NCBI GenBank assembly: GCA_963850655.1
Contig: CAWKMI010000009.1
Location: 10,043-74,042 of the forward strand
Direction: 5' to 3'
Length of the DNA stretch: 64,000 nucleotides
DNA from: an uncultured Gemmatimonadales bacterium
Lineage (GTDB): Bacteria; Gemmatimonadota; Gemmatimonadetes; Gemmatimonadales; GWC2-71-9
This document shows, one piece after another, positions 1 to 8,671 of the stretch. Position 1 is the stretch's first letter. Every line of letters starts with the position of its first letter. The notes under the pieces are model-generated. The model was not told where the DNA came from. It worked only from the letters and a program-made list of their open reading frames with translations, and did not search any database. A program made the position numbers and the translations under genes.

Positions 1-1
1 T

Positions 2-1318
2 GCGCCAGATCGAGCCGGGGCCGTACGTCGGCTGGATCGGCCGGTGCCGGTAGGGCACCGGGTTGGCCGGATCGGAAACGAAGAAGTCCGCTCCGACGGT
101 GGCCGTGGGCTTGCTGAACGAGAGCGCGCCGTTCGCGGCGGTGTAGATCGCAGTCGGCGTGACGCCATCCTTGCGCGGGAAGGTGTTGCTGGTGACCCAG
201 GTATTGTCGCCGCCACGAAACAGCGTCGCCTCCGCCGGACGACAACCGGTCGCGGCACCCTGCAGGTGGCACGCGAAAAACGCCCGCTGGATCTCGGCCC
301 GATAGTAGTCACCAGTGTTCGAGCCGAAATCGATCGGCCCCAGCGTCTTTCCGGCACCGCCCCAGCCACCGTGGTTCCACGGGCCGACCACCAGGAAGTT
401 CATGTTGCCGGTGTCGTGCTTCTCCATCGCGCGATAGATCGTCACCGGGCCGTAGAAATCCTCCTGGTCCCACCAGCCTGCCACGCTGAGGGTGGGCACC
501 GACACCGCGCGGGTGAAGTACGGCGCCGCCGCCTGCTTCTGCCAGAAGGCGTCGTAGTCGGGGTGGGCGACATAATCGTTCCAGGTGGGGATGAGGGTCT
601 TGAAGATCTCCTGGTTGACTCGCGACAGGCCGCCGAGGGCGAGGTACCAGCTGTACGTGTCGGCGCGATCGAACGGGAAGAGCTTGGTCTCCTTGCCCGC
701 CTCCATCTCGTAGGCGTACTCGAAGCCATACGACAGCCGGAACGCCCCCTGGTGATGGAAGTCATCTCCCAGCCACATGTCCGCTGGCGAAGCCTGTGGC
801 GACGCGGCCTTGAACGCCGGGTGCGGATCCATCAGCGCCTGCACCACCAGCCAGCCGTCGTACGACACGCCCAGCATGCCGATCCGGCCGTTGTTGTTGG
901 GAACGTGCTTCACCAGCCAGTTCATCGTGTCCCAGGCGTCGGTGCCCTCGTCGATGGCCTTGGGATCGCTGCGGTCGCGCGGGGCGCGCTGCATCACGAA
1001 GGTCCCTTCGCTGCCATAGTGACCCCGGATGTCCTGGAAGGCGAAGGCGTAGCCGTCGGCCGCCAGCTCACGGAGACTTCCGGTGCTCATCCGCCCGCCG
1101 GCATTGGCGATCCCGTAGGGCGTGCGCAGCAGCACGATCGCCAGCGGCTTCGTCGCACCCTCGGGCAGGTACACCGCGGTGTGCATCCGCACGCCATCGC
1201 GCATCGGCACCATCGTGTCGATGGCCTTGACGTAGGTGTATGGGGAGGCAGGCGTCTGCGCGGGTGCATTCCATGCGCACAGCAGTGCCATCGCCGTCAG
1301 AAATGCGGCTCCTCGCAT
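2..1318 (-). CDS. CocE/NonD-family alpha/beta hydrolase (S15 X-Pro dipeptidyl-peptidase-like), exported; C-terminus lies beyond the window start
   Basis: Own translation of the minus strand from ATG 1318-1316 (GGAGGA just upstream): MRGAAFLTAMALLCAWNAPAQT (signal peptide), VLLRTPYG, FQDIRGHYGSEG, GMLGVSYDGW (nucleophile elbow), VGPWNHGGW. The frame is open to position 2. It is missing from the ORF track because it has no stop inside the window. Confidence 0.85.
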   Translation of the reverse strand, partial: MRGAAFLTAMALLCAWNAPAQTPASPYTYVKAIDTMVPMRDGVRMHTAVYLPEGATKPLAIVLLRTPYGIANAGGRMSTGSLRELAADGYAFAFQDIRGHYGSEGTFVMQRAPRDRSDPKAIDEGTDAWDTMNWLVKHVPNNNGRIGMLGVSYDGWLVVQALMDPHPAFKAASPQASPADMWLGDDFHHQGAFRLSYGFEYAYEMEAGKETKLFPFDRADTYSWYLALGGLSRVNQEIFKTLIPTWNDYVAHPDYDAFWQKQAAAPYFTRAVSVPTLSVAGWWDQEDFYGPVTIYRAMEKHDTGNMNFLVVGPWNHGGWGGAGKTLGPIDFGSNTGDYYRAEIQRAFFACHLQGAATGCRPAEATLFRGGDNTWVTSNTFPRKDGVTPTAIYTAANGALSFSKPTATVGADFFVSDPANPVPYRHRPIQPTYGPGSIWR

Positions 1319-1538
1319 CTTTCCTCCGTAATCCATCAGACCGGCGCGTGGTGTGCGGGCGCAGCGCAGGGACGACTTCTCCCGCGAGCGCCCTCAAGGT
1401 TGTAGCGATTGCCGAACACGATTTCCGCGGTGACGCCTTGCCCCTGACGGTGGGGAGTGGTTGGCGCGGCACCGGTCGGAAATCGCGGGCGTGAGCGTAA
1501 GTCGTCCCGAGCAGCGTCCGCACACCACGGACAAAACG

Positions 1539-2936
1539 TCACTCTGTGGCGATCACGGCGGCACCAATCGGCGCCAGCTTCGCGGTGAAATGCCGCAACG
1601 CCGGCGGCTGCTCCACGATGCGCATCCCGCTGATCGTGGCCCGCCGATCGTTCACGTACAAGAGCACCTCGGCCAGGTAGTCGACATGGCTCTGGGTATA
1701 GACGCGCCGGGGAAAGGCCAGCCGTACCAGCTCCATGGCGGCCGGCGTTTCACTGCCGTCGGGGTGCTGTCCGAACATCATCGAGCCGATCTCCACCGAA
1801 CGCACGCCACCGACCAGGTACAGCGCGCAGGAAAGCGCCCACGCCGGATACTGGTTCTGCGGAATGTGCGGCAGCATCGCCTTCGCATCGATGTAGAGTG
1901 CGTGCCCGCCGGGTGGCGTCACCATCGGCACGCCGGCCGCCGCCAGCTTGTCGGCGAGATACGACACGGAGGCGATGCGGTAGCGCAGGTAATCCTCGTC
2001 CAGTGCTTCTTCCAATCCCACGGCGATGGCCTCGAGATCATACCCGGCGAGCCCGCCGTAGGTCACGAACCCCTCGGTCAGGATCAGGTTGTCCTTGCAA
2101 CGACGCGCGAGGTCGTCGTCGTTGATCGCCAGGAAGCCGCCGATGTTGGCCATGCCGTCCTTCTTGGCACTCATCGTCGCCCCGTCGACCAGGGCGAACA
2201 TCGCCTGCGCAATCTCCAGCGGGCTTTCGTCTGCGTGCCCCGGCTCCCGCTGCTTGATGAACCACGAGTTCTCGGCAAAGCGGCAGGCATCGAGGAAGAA
2301 CGGCACGCCATGCTTGCGACAGATGGCCGAGGCGCCGCGCAGGTTCTCGAGCGAGACCGGCTGGCCGCCCCCGGAGTTGTTGGTGACGGTCATCATCACC
2401 AGGGGAACGCGACCCCGCTCCTCGGTCAGCACGCGCTCGAGGGCGTCGAGGTCCATGTTGCCCTTGAAGGGATGCACCACCTCCGGGTGGCGTCCCTCTT
2501 CAATCGGAATGTCGAGCGCGATGCCGCCGCGGGCCTCGATGTTGGCTCGCGTGGTGTCGAAGTGCGTGTTGTTGGGGACGATGTCGCCCGCGTTCACCGC
2601 CGCGCCAAAGAGGATCCGCTCGGCCGCACGGCCCTGGTGCGTCGGGATGACGTGCTTCAGGCGGGTGATCTTCCGCACCGCCGCCTCGAACCGGTAGAAC
2701 GACTCGGCGCCGGCGTACGACTCATCACCCATCATCATCCCGGCCCATTGCCGCGACGACATGGCCCCGGTGCCCGAGTCGGTGAGCAGGTCGATCAGGA
2801 CGTCCCGCGCACGCAGGAGGAAGAGATTGTAGTGGGCGGCCTTGAGCGCGATGTCCCGCTCGCTCAGCGTGGTCTGCCGGATCGGCTCGACGCTCTTGAT
2901 CCGGAATGGCTCGATGATGGTGCGTGGGGTGAACAT
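1539..2936 (-). CDS. tnaA: Tryptophanase (PLP-dependent beta-eliminating lyase)
   Basis: 465-aa ORF resembling tryptophanase/tyrosine phenol-lyase over its full length: DLLTDSGTGAMS, PTHQGRAAE, PLP-lysine motif SAKKDG. HFDTT (Asp) and the C-terminal RHFTAKL favour tryptophanase over TPL. Its ATG directly follows the permease stop (TGAATG). Confidence 0.75.
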   Translation of the reverse strand: MFTPRTIIEPFRIKSVEPIRQTTLSERDIALKAAHYNLFLLRARDVLIDLLTDSGTGAMSSRQWAGMMMGDESYAGAESFYRFEAAVRKITRLKHVIPTHQGRAAERILFGAAVNAGDIVPNNTHFDTTRANIEARGGIALDIPIEEGRHPEVVHPFKGNMDLDALERVLTEERGRVPLVMMTVTNNSGGGQPVSLENLRGASAICRKHGVPFFLDACRFAENSWFIKQREPGHADESPLEIAQAMFALVDGATMSAKKDGMANIGGFLAINDDDLARRCKDNLILTEGFVTYGGLAGYDLEAIAVGLEEALDEDYLRYRIASVSYLADKLAAAGVPMVTPPGGHALYIDAKAMLPHIPQNQYPAWALSCALYLVGGVRSVEIGSMMFGQHPDGSETPAAMELVRLAFPRRVYTQSHVDYLAEVLLYVNDRRATISGMRIVEQPPALRHFTAKLAPIGAAVIATE

Positions 2937-4265
2937 TCAGCTCCGCGCGGCGCGCCTGCGCCAGAAAAGGAAGATCGGGATGCCCAGCAACAGCAGGCCG
3001 GCGCCGCGAACGGCATTCCCCGGATTCGAGATCACCGAGCCGAATACAACGTAGATCGCCGCCGCAATGAAGGCGAGCGTGCTCCAGGGATGGAGCGGCA
3101 CCCGGAACGGAGTGTGCCGGTCGCCGTCGTGACGCCTGATGATGAACAGCGAGGCCGCGGTCAGGCCGAAGAAGATCCAGTCGCCGAACACCACGTAGTC
3201 GTTCAACTCACCGTACCTCTTGTAGTAGAGCAGTGTGAGCGCCCAGGCTCCCTGCAGCAGGATCGCCGCAACCGGCGTCTTCCAGGTCGGGTGCAGCCGG
3301 GCGAACGACGCGAAGAAGAGCCCGTCTCGAGCCATCGCCTGGTAGACCCGGGGCGAGACCAGGATCACCAGGTTGAGGAAGCCGAACGTCGAGGCGACGA
3401 TGCCCGCGGCGATCAGCCGACGGCCCGTCTCGCCGCTGATCGCTGCCATCGTGTCCGCGGCGGGGGCGGTGCTTGCCGCCAGCGCCACCGGGCCCATGGC
3501 CCGCAGGTAGGCCACATTCACGAGCAGGTAGGCGGCCACGACCGCGAGCACGCCAAGGATTAGTGCCCGGGGGAGGGTCTTCTCCGGACGGATGATCTCC
3601 TCGGCCACGAAATTGGTTTGTTGCCACCCGCCGAAGGCAAAGAGGACCGGCACCAGCGCGGCTCCGAGCGCCAGGAAGACTGAATTCGGCGGGGTCGCTG
3701 GAACAACAAGCGCGGTCGCTGGATCGGTCAGGAAGAAGGCCGAAATCACCAGTCCCGCGATCGCGGACAGTTTGAGGATGGTGAAGAGGTTCTGGGTCCA
3801 GGCCGCCGGGCGGACGCCGAGAATGTTGACCAGCGTCAGCAACAGGATGGCGCCACCGGCAAGGTACGGCTGGGTCGACTCCGGCCAGCTGATGAGCGAG
3901 GCGAGATAGCTGGCGAAGATCATCGCCACCGCCGCGATCGCGCCCGTGGCCATCACCAGCAGGAGCGCCCAGGCGTACATGAATCCGGCCAGCGGCCCAA
4001 AGGCCTCGCGCAGGTAGGCATAACCCCCGCCGACCCGGGGGCGTCGCTGGCCCAGTTCGGCGAAGATGAACGCCCCGATCAGGGCGATCACCGCTCCCAT
4101 GCCCCAGACCACCAGGATCAGGGTCGAGGTCTTGACCCGATTGGCCACCTCGGCCGGATTCCGGAAGATACCCGACCCGATGATCCCCCCAATGACCAGC
4201 ATGGTGGCCGAGAAGAGGCCGATTCTGCGGGCATATTCCACGGTCTGCGGCGGTGCTGCTGCCAT
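2937..4265 (-). CDS. APC-superfamily amino-acid permease
   Basis: 442-aa ORF, hydrophobic throughout (about 12 helices), with the N-terminal GGIIGSGIF motif typical of amino-acid/polyamine/organocation transporters. Confidence 0.85.
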   Translation of the reverse strand: MAAAPPQTVEYARRIGLFSATMLVIGGIIGSGIFRNPAEVANRVKTSTLILVVWGMGAVIALIGAFIFAELGQRRPRVGGGYAYLREAFGPLAGFMYAWALLLVMATGAIAAVAMIFASYLASLISWPESTQPYLAGGAILLLTLVNILGVRPAAWTQNLFTILKLSAIAGLVISAFFLTDPATALVVPATPPNSVFLALGAALVPVLFAFGGWQQTNFVAEEIIRPEKTLPRALILGVLAVVAAYLLVNVAYLRAMGPVALAASTAPAADTMAAISGETGRRLIAAGIVASTFGFLNLVILVSPRVYQAMARDGLFFASFARLHPTWKTPVAAILLQGAWALTLLYYKRYGELNDYVVFGDWIFFGLTAASLFIIRRHDGDRHTPFRVPLHPWSTLAFIAAAIYVVFGSVISNPGNAVRGAGLLLLGIPIFLFWRRRAARS

Positions 4266-4320
4266 CGGGGGTCCGGTCAGAGGGTGGGGGGACGTCGCGC
4301 GTCGCCCGTCGCTCGTTCTG

Positions 4321-4348
4321 GTCTCTAGTCTCTAGTCTCCCGTCTCTC
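4321..4348. repeat. Heptamer tandem array GTCTCTA GTCTCTA GTCTCCC GTCTCTC
   Basis: Read directly from the sequence. It lies in the divergent intergenic region between the permease (start 4265) and the proline dehydrogenase gene. Confidence 0.9.
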
Positions 4349-4431
4349 CACGCAAGCGCTACTTTTCCCGTCGCTGGCGCCACCCCCAGCCGGTGCACCA
4401 CCTGATTTCTCTCTTGAGGCTCGGCCCTGCG

Positions 4432-5364
4432 ATGATGCGCTCCACCCTCTTCTGGCTCTCCAAACGGCGTTCGATCTTCAATTTCGTCCGCAGCAACGGC
4501 CTCGCAAAGAAGTTCGCCTCACGATTCGTGGCGGGTGAAACGATCGAGACTGGGGTGGCCGCCGCCCTCGAAACCAAGGCGAAGGGAATCACCGCCTCGC
4601 TCGACTTGCTCGGCGAAAGTGTCCACCAGCCGAAAGAGGCCGAGGCCGCGCGCGACGCCTACATCGCCATTCTCCAGGCAATGGCGAAGGCGGGACTCGA
4701 AGCCAACGCGTCGCTCAAGCCGACCGCGCTCGGTCTCGATATCGACGAGGCACTCTGCGAGCGGAACATTCGCACGGTGCTTGAGGTGGCCAAGGCCTCC
4801 GGGGCGTTCGTCCGCCTCGACATGGAAGGGTCGGCGTACACGCAGCGCACGCTCGACTTCTTCACCAAGCGGGTTTTCCCGGACTTTGGCGAGCATACCG
4901 GCCTGGTGATCCAGGCGATGCTCCGCCGCTCCAGCGACGACATCGACTTGCTGATTCGGCTCGGCGCCCGCGTCCGTCTTTGCAAGGGCGCCTACCTCGA
5001 GCCGGCCAGCGTGGCCTTCCCCGACAAGAAGGATGTCGATGCCAACTACATCCGGTTGATGGAGCGATTGCTGGTCGATGGGAAGTATCCCGCCATTGCG
5101 ACCCACGATGAGGCGATCATCGCGCACGCCAAGGCGTTCGTGACCGAGAAGGGCATCGCCCGCGATCGCTTCGAGTTCCAGATGCTCTTCGGCGTCCGTC
5201 GCGACCTGCAGGAAACGCTGGTGAAGGAAGGCTACCGCCTGCGGGTCTACATCCCGTTCGGCACCCAGTGGTATCCCTATCTCATGCGTCGCCTCGCCGA
5301 GCGTCCCGCCAACATCGTCTTCATCCTCGGTAACATCATGAAGGAAATCACACGGAAATCCTGA
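4432..5364 (+). CDS. Proline dehydrogenase (monofunctional PutA-like)
   Basis: ORF 4393..5364 with FVAGET, SLDLLGE, IATHD and RLAERPAN motifs. I moved the start to ATG 4432, which gives about 310 aa as in monofunctional PRODHs. The GTG at 4393 is an alternative start. Confidence 0.8.
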   Translation: MMRSTLFWLSKRRSIFNFVRSNGLAKKFASRFVAGETIETGVAAALETKAKGITASLDLLGESVHQPKEAEAARDAYIAILQAMAKAGLEANASLKPTALGLDIDEALCERNIRTVLEVAKASGAFVRLDMEGSAYTQRTLDFFTKRVFPDFGEHTGLVIQAMLRRSSDDIDLLIRLGARVRLCKGAYLEPASVAFPDKKDVDANYIRLMERLLVDGKYPAIATHDEAIIAHAKAFVTEKGIARDRFEFQMLFGVRRDLQETLVKEGYRLRVYIPFGTQWYPYLMRRLAERPANIVFILGNIMKEITRKS

Positions 5365-5387
5365 CGGAGTTCACGCTCGGCGGGTAC

Positions 5388-5678
5388 ATGGCCAAGCACG
5401 ACCGGGCGGCGGCCTTCTCCGGGGCTGACGGCCAGCCGTACTCCGTCGGGCTCTATGTGGACGACGATCCTGATGAGCGCGGCCGCTTCGGTGGCGCGCT
5501 GCTCTTTGTCCGCTGGTCGCCTGCCGGTGATTCCCCCGTGGGACACCTCGAAACCGACTACCTCGTCACCGGCGCCACACCGGATGAGGCGCGCGAACGC
5601 CTCGGTGCGCTCTCGCTCTACGACGTCAAGGCCATCCTCGATCAGCTGGTCGCGACCCGCGGGCCGGAGGACGCCTGA
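5388..5678 (+). CDS. Hypothetical small protein (96 aa)
   Basis: ORF with non-degenerate composition, tightly packed between PRODH and rsgA. I recognised no family. Confidence 0.5.
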   Translation: MAKHDRAAAFSGADGQPYSVGLYVDDDPDERGRFGGALLFVRWSPAGDSPVGHLETDYLVTGATPDEARERLGALSLYDVKAILDQLVATRGPEDA

Positions 5679-5692
5679 GCGCCTCGACCGGG

Positions 5693-6583
5693 GTGGTGCT
5701 GGCGCGTGAAGGCGGCAGCTATCGCGTGCTGGTCGACGGCGTCGAACGCACGGCGGTGTTGCGCGGCAAGGCAAAGCGGGAGGTCGACCGCGCGGTGGCG
5801 GGCGACCGTGTCCGGTTCGATCCGGCGACGCTCGCCGAAGATGTCCTCGGCATCGATGGCGTCGAAACGCGGCATTCGATCCTTGAGCGGCGGATCCCCG
5901 GCGGTCGCGGGACGCGCGCCGTGGCGGCCAATGTCGATCAGGTCGTCGTGGTCACCGCCGCGGCCGATCCGCTGCCGATCCCCCAACTGATCGACCGCCT
6001 CCTGATCGTCGCCGAGGCAAACGACATCCCGGCCCTGGTCGTCGTCAACAAGTGCGACCTCGCCCCGGCCGATCCGGTGATCGCCCACCTTGCCAAGGCC
6101 GGGTACGAAGTCGTCGCCACCGCGGCCAGGCGCGGCGAGGGCATCGACCTGTTGCGATCCCGGCTGGTGGGGAAGGAGTCGGTCCTCACCGGGCCCAGCG
6201 GGGCGGGGAAGTCCTCGCTCCTCAATGCGCTGGAACCCGGGCTGGGGCTTCGGGTGGGCGAGGTCTCCGCCAAGCTGCGCCGCGGCACCCACACCACGGT
6301 TACCGCGGCGATGATTCCACTGGCGGAGGGCGGCTTCGTTGCTGACACGCCAGGCTTCAGCGAGGTCGGCGTCTGGGCAATTGACCGTGCCCACCTTGAT
6401 GAGTGCTTTCCGGAGTTCGTGCCGCACATCGGGACCTGCCGATTCGATGACTGCACCCACCGCACCGAACCGGGATGTGCCATTCGCGCCCTGCTCGACA
6501 GCGACGGGCTCGATCCCGAGCGCTATCAATCCTATCTCGTGATCTTCGACGAACTGGCGACCCTGCCACGGGACTGGGAATAG
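5693..6583 (+). CDS. rsgA: Ribosome small-subunit-dependent GTPase A
   Basis: Circularly permuted GTPase motifs VVNKCDL (G4) then GPSGAGKSSLLNAL (G1), plus the C-terminal zinc knuckle CRFDDCTHRTEPGC. Confidence 0.9.
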   Translation: MVLAREGGSYRVLVDGVERTAVLRGKAKREVDRAVAGDRVRFDPATLAEDVLGIDGVETRHSILERRIPGGRGTRAVAANVDQVVVVTAAADPLPIPQLIDRLLIVAEANDIPALVVVNKCDLAPADPVIAHLAKAGYEVVATAARRGEGIDLLRSRLVGKESVLTGPSGAGKSSLLNALEPGLGLRVGEVSAKLRRGTHTTVTAAMIPLAEGGFVADTPGFSEVGVWAIDRAHLDECFPEFVPHIGTCRFDDCTHRTEPGCAIRALLDSDGLDPERYQSYLVIFDELATLPRDWE

Positions 6584-6605
6584 GGGGCGACGCACGCGTC
6601 GCCCC
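6584..6605. terminator. GC-rich hairpin between convergent rsgA and the lipoprotein gene
   Basis: GGGGCGACGC / GCGTCGCCCC is a perfect inverted repeat that starts immediately after the rsgA stop. Confidence 0.6.
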
Positions 6606-6609
6606 GGCA

Positions 6610-7920
6610 CTATTCGTCCTTCTCCGGCAGCTGCGCTCCGATCCGGCACATCGCTTCGCCGTCTGCCCCGGCTTTCTCGCACGCCTTCTGCCGCTGGTCC
6701 GGGTCGCGAATCAGCACCGAGATCTCCTCGCCCACCGCGTTGTAGCAATGATCGCGGTTCGCCCCTTCCTCCACCTGGGTGCAAAAGGCGATGCCGTCGT
6801 CAGGATTGGCCGTCACGTCGACGTAGTTCTTGACCGCGCCCACGAAGCAGAAGGGCTGGTAGGCCGGGTCACCGTGCAGGCAGTCCTGGATCACGACCGG
6901 GGTATTCTGCGCCGTGCCGCCGCTCGCGTTGGTGCCGAGGCTCAGGTAGCACTGTGACCTGAGCAGTGGCGGACCGACCCGGTCGCATTCGGCCGCAGCC
7001 TTGGCGAAGTCACCCTTGACGCCGGTGAGGATCAACCCGCCCTGCATCTGGTAGCAGGTGAACTGGTAGGTCGTGTCGACAGCGGAACAGGGATAGAGCG
7101 GGTCGGTGGCATCGCGCATCTTGTACGTGACGCCCTTGAGGTCCGGTGTCCGGGGCATCGTCATCCCGGGCATGTCGTGAGCACCACCCGTCGCGGCGGC
7201 CGTGCCCGAGTCGAGCGTTCGCTCCGTGGCCAGGGCATGCATCGCGGTGTGATGTCCCCCGGGCATCGAGGCGATTGCGTTCTCCATGAAGGCCCCGCCG
7301 TAGCACGAACTCCTGTCCCACGGACTCGGCAGCCAGTCGCACTCCTTGAGTGCCGTCGGCAGCTCCCAGTTGTTGATCATCTCGAAGCCGTGGCCCAGCC
7401 CGTGGACGCACTGGAATCGCAACCACTTCTCGCTGCTGCCGGCGGCGATCTGGTCGCACAGCGTGACGGCGCGCGTCGAATCGAGCCGACCCTCCCCGCC
7501 AGCCAGCAGGTAGCCCTGGATCACGCCGTGATAACAGCCCGACTGGAACAGCCCGGTGCATCCCTTGAACACCGTCGCGACCTCGAGGCCGGGCTGCCAC
7601 GCACGGATGCCGATCACGTGGGTATAGCCGTGGCCGTCCAGCGCGACGTCGGGGCGATCCTTGGCGAGTGCGGCGAGGGTCCCGAGCGCCAGGCGGACCC
7701 GGTCACTCCGCGCCACCGCGACAAAGTACTCCTCGTAGCAGTTCACCTTCTCGATGGCCGAGCCATGGCTGCACTGCCGTTCGGCCAGCCGCGCCAGTCC
7801 CAGCGAGTCGCCTGTTGCGGCGAGGGACTCCACCCGGCGGCGCATTTCGTCCTGGGGAAGGGGAGATCCCAATCCGCAGGCCGAGGCCGTCACGACGAGC
7901 GCGAAGAGGATCGGCCTCAT
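6610..7920 (-). CDS. Cys-pair-repeat lipoprotein with a Met/His-rich loop (unknown family)
   Basis: 436-aa ORF with a lipobox (LVVTASAC). About nine repeats of C-x(7-14)-C-[YFV]-x-G (for example SGCYHGVIQG, FQCVHGLGHG, SSCYGGAFMEN, FTCYQMQGG, SQCYLSLG, PFCFVGAVKN, DHCYNAVGEE). Insert GGHHTAMHA...GGAHDMPGMTMP. Confidence 0.75.
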   Translation of the reverse strand: MRPILFALVVTASACGLGSPLPQDEMRRRVESLAATGDSLGLARLAERQCSHGSAIEKVNCYEEYFVAVARSDRVRLALGTLAALAKDRPDVALDGHGYTHVIGIRAWQPGLEVATVFKGCTGLFQSGCYHGVIQGYLLAGGEGRLDSTRAVTLCDQIAAGSSEKWLRFQCVHGLGHGFEMINNWELPTALKECDWLPSPWDRSSCYGGAFMENAIASMPGGHHTAMHALATERTLDSGTAAATGGAHDMPGMTMPRTPDLKGVTYKMRDATDPLYPCSAVDTTYQFTCYQMQGGLILTGVKGDFAKAAAECDRVGPPLLRSQCYLSLGTNASGGTAQNTPVVIQDCLHGDPAYQPFCFVGAVKNYVDVTANPDDGIAFCTQVEEGANRDHCYNAVGEEISVLIRDPDQRQKACEKAGADGEAMCRIGAQLPEKDE

Positions 7921-8234
7921 GTCTTCAGGGTCCAGCGGGAGGTGTCACGGTGTTCGACCTTCGCCATCATCCGGTCGAAGGCCTCCTGCAGGTCGATCCC
8001 CTCCCGGTTGGCCATGCAGATGATCACGAACAGGATGTCCGCCATCTCCATGGCGACATCACCCTCGGCCTCGTCGGTCTTCTTCGTCTTCTCGCCGTAG
8101 CGGTGGTTGATCTCGCGGGCGAGTTCGCCCACCTCTTCGGCGAGGCGGGCGATGTTCGTCAACGGATGGAAGTAGCCCTCCTTGAACTGGGAGATCCAGG
8201 CGTCGACGCGGTGCTGGCTTTCAGAGAGGCTCAT
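7917..8234 (-). CDS. MazG-like nucleotide pyrophosphohydrolase (small all-alpha NTP-PPase)
   Basis: MSLSESQHRVDAWISQFKEGYF...LAEEVGELAREI...EAEGDVAMEMADILFVIICMANREGIDL. Start taken at the internal ATG 8234. Its stop overlaps the lipoprotein start (ATGA at 7917-7920). Confidence 0.8.
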   Translation of the reverse strand: MSLSESQHRVDAWISQFKEGYFHPLTNIARLAEEVGELAREINHRYGEKTKKTDEAEGDVAMEMADILFVIICMANREGIDLQEAFDRMMAKVEHRDTSRWTLKT

Positions 8235-8392
8235 GGGATCGCTGGTGGTTGGTGGCTGGTGTCTCGGTCGCTCGACCCGACCGCTCCTGGTCGGTGCCCT
8301 TGAAGAGTAAGCGTCCGGCTCCCCGGGGGCCGGAATCGGCCGCCGGCCCAACGAATGAGTAGAATTATCGCACGTGCAGGACTGTCTCGATC

Positions 8393-8662
8393 ATGACCCC
8401 TTCGAAGGACCGACCCGTGCGCTCCAGAGAGAAGATCCTCGCGAACCTCGAGCAGCTGTATCGCGAGTCCTACCAGCGGGCCGGCGCGGCCGGCGAAACC
8501 GACCGGATGATCGAGCTCGACAGCGCCTACACCCGCGACCAGCTGATGCTCGAGATCCTGCTCGACATCCGCGACCTTTTTGCCGTGGCGCCGGCGGCGC
8601 CGCCCTCCGGGTCGAGCGCCCTCGAAAAGCTCGAGTCGATTCGTCGACTCGCCCGTCGCTGA
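8393..8662 (+). CDS. Hypothetical small protein (89 aa)
   Basis: ORF located 10 nt upstream of the amidohydrolase gene, with helical-looking composition and no recognised family. Confidence 0.5.
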   Translation: MTPSKDRPVRSREKILANLEQLYRESYQRAGAAGETDRMIELDSAYTRDQLMLEILLDIRDLFAVAPAAPPSGSSALEKLESIRRLARR

Positions 8663-8671
8663 TCGCTGACC

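Noticed and set aside
44-1405. 453-aa plus-strand ORF covering the window start
   Set aside because: It has Arg/Gly/His-rich shadow-frame composition. The opposite strand encodes a clearly recognisable CocE/NonD hydrolase (2..1318), so this is an antisense artefact of high GC content.
1461-3563. 700-aa plus-strand ORF
   Set aside because: It lies antisense to tnaA and the permease and has a degenerate R/G/H/D-rich sequence with no motifs. It is a typical GC-rich shadow ORF. The same reasoning applies to 3208..4401(-), 5642..6784(-), 10242..11918(-), 14722..16050(-), 19686..20954(+), 21699..22955(+), 23280..24443(-), 29833..31017(-), 31349..32584(-), 46912..48348(-), 53856..54773(-), 57498..59141(+), 60194..61405(+) and other overlapping ORFs.
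4321-4348. Heptamer arrays (also 39477-39497, 59088-59188, 63834-63854) considered as a CRISPR array
   Set aside because: The units are 7 nt and directly tandem with no spacers, and there are no cas genes. These are not CRISPR arrays.
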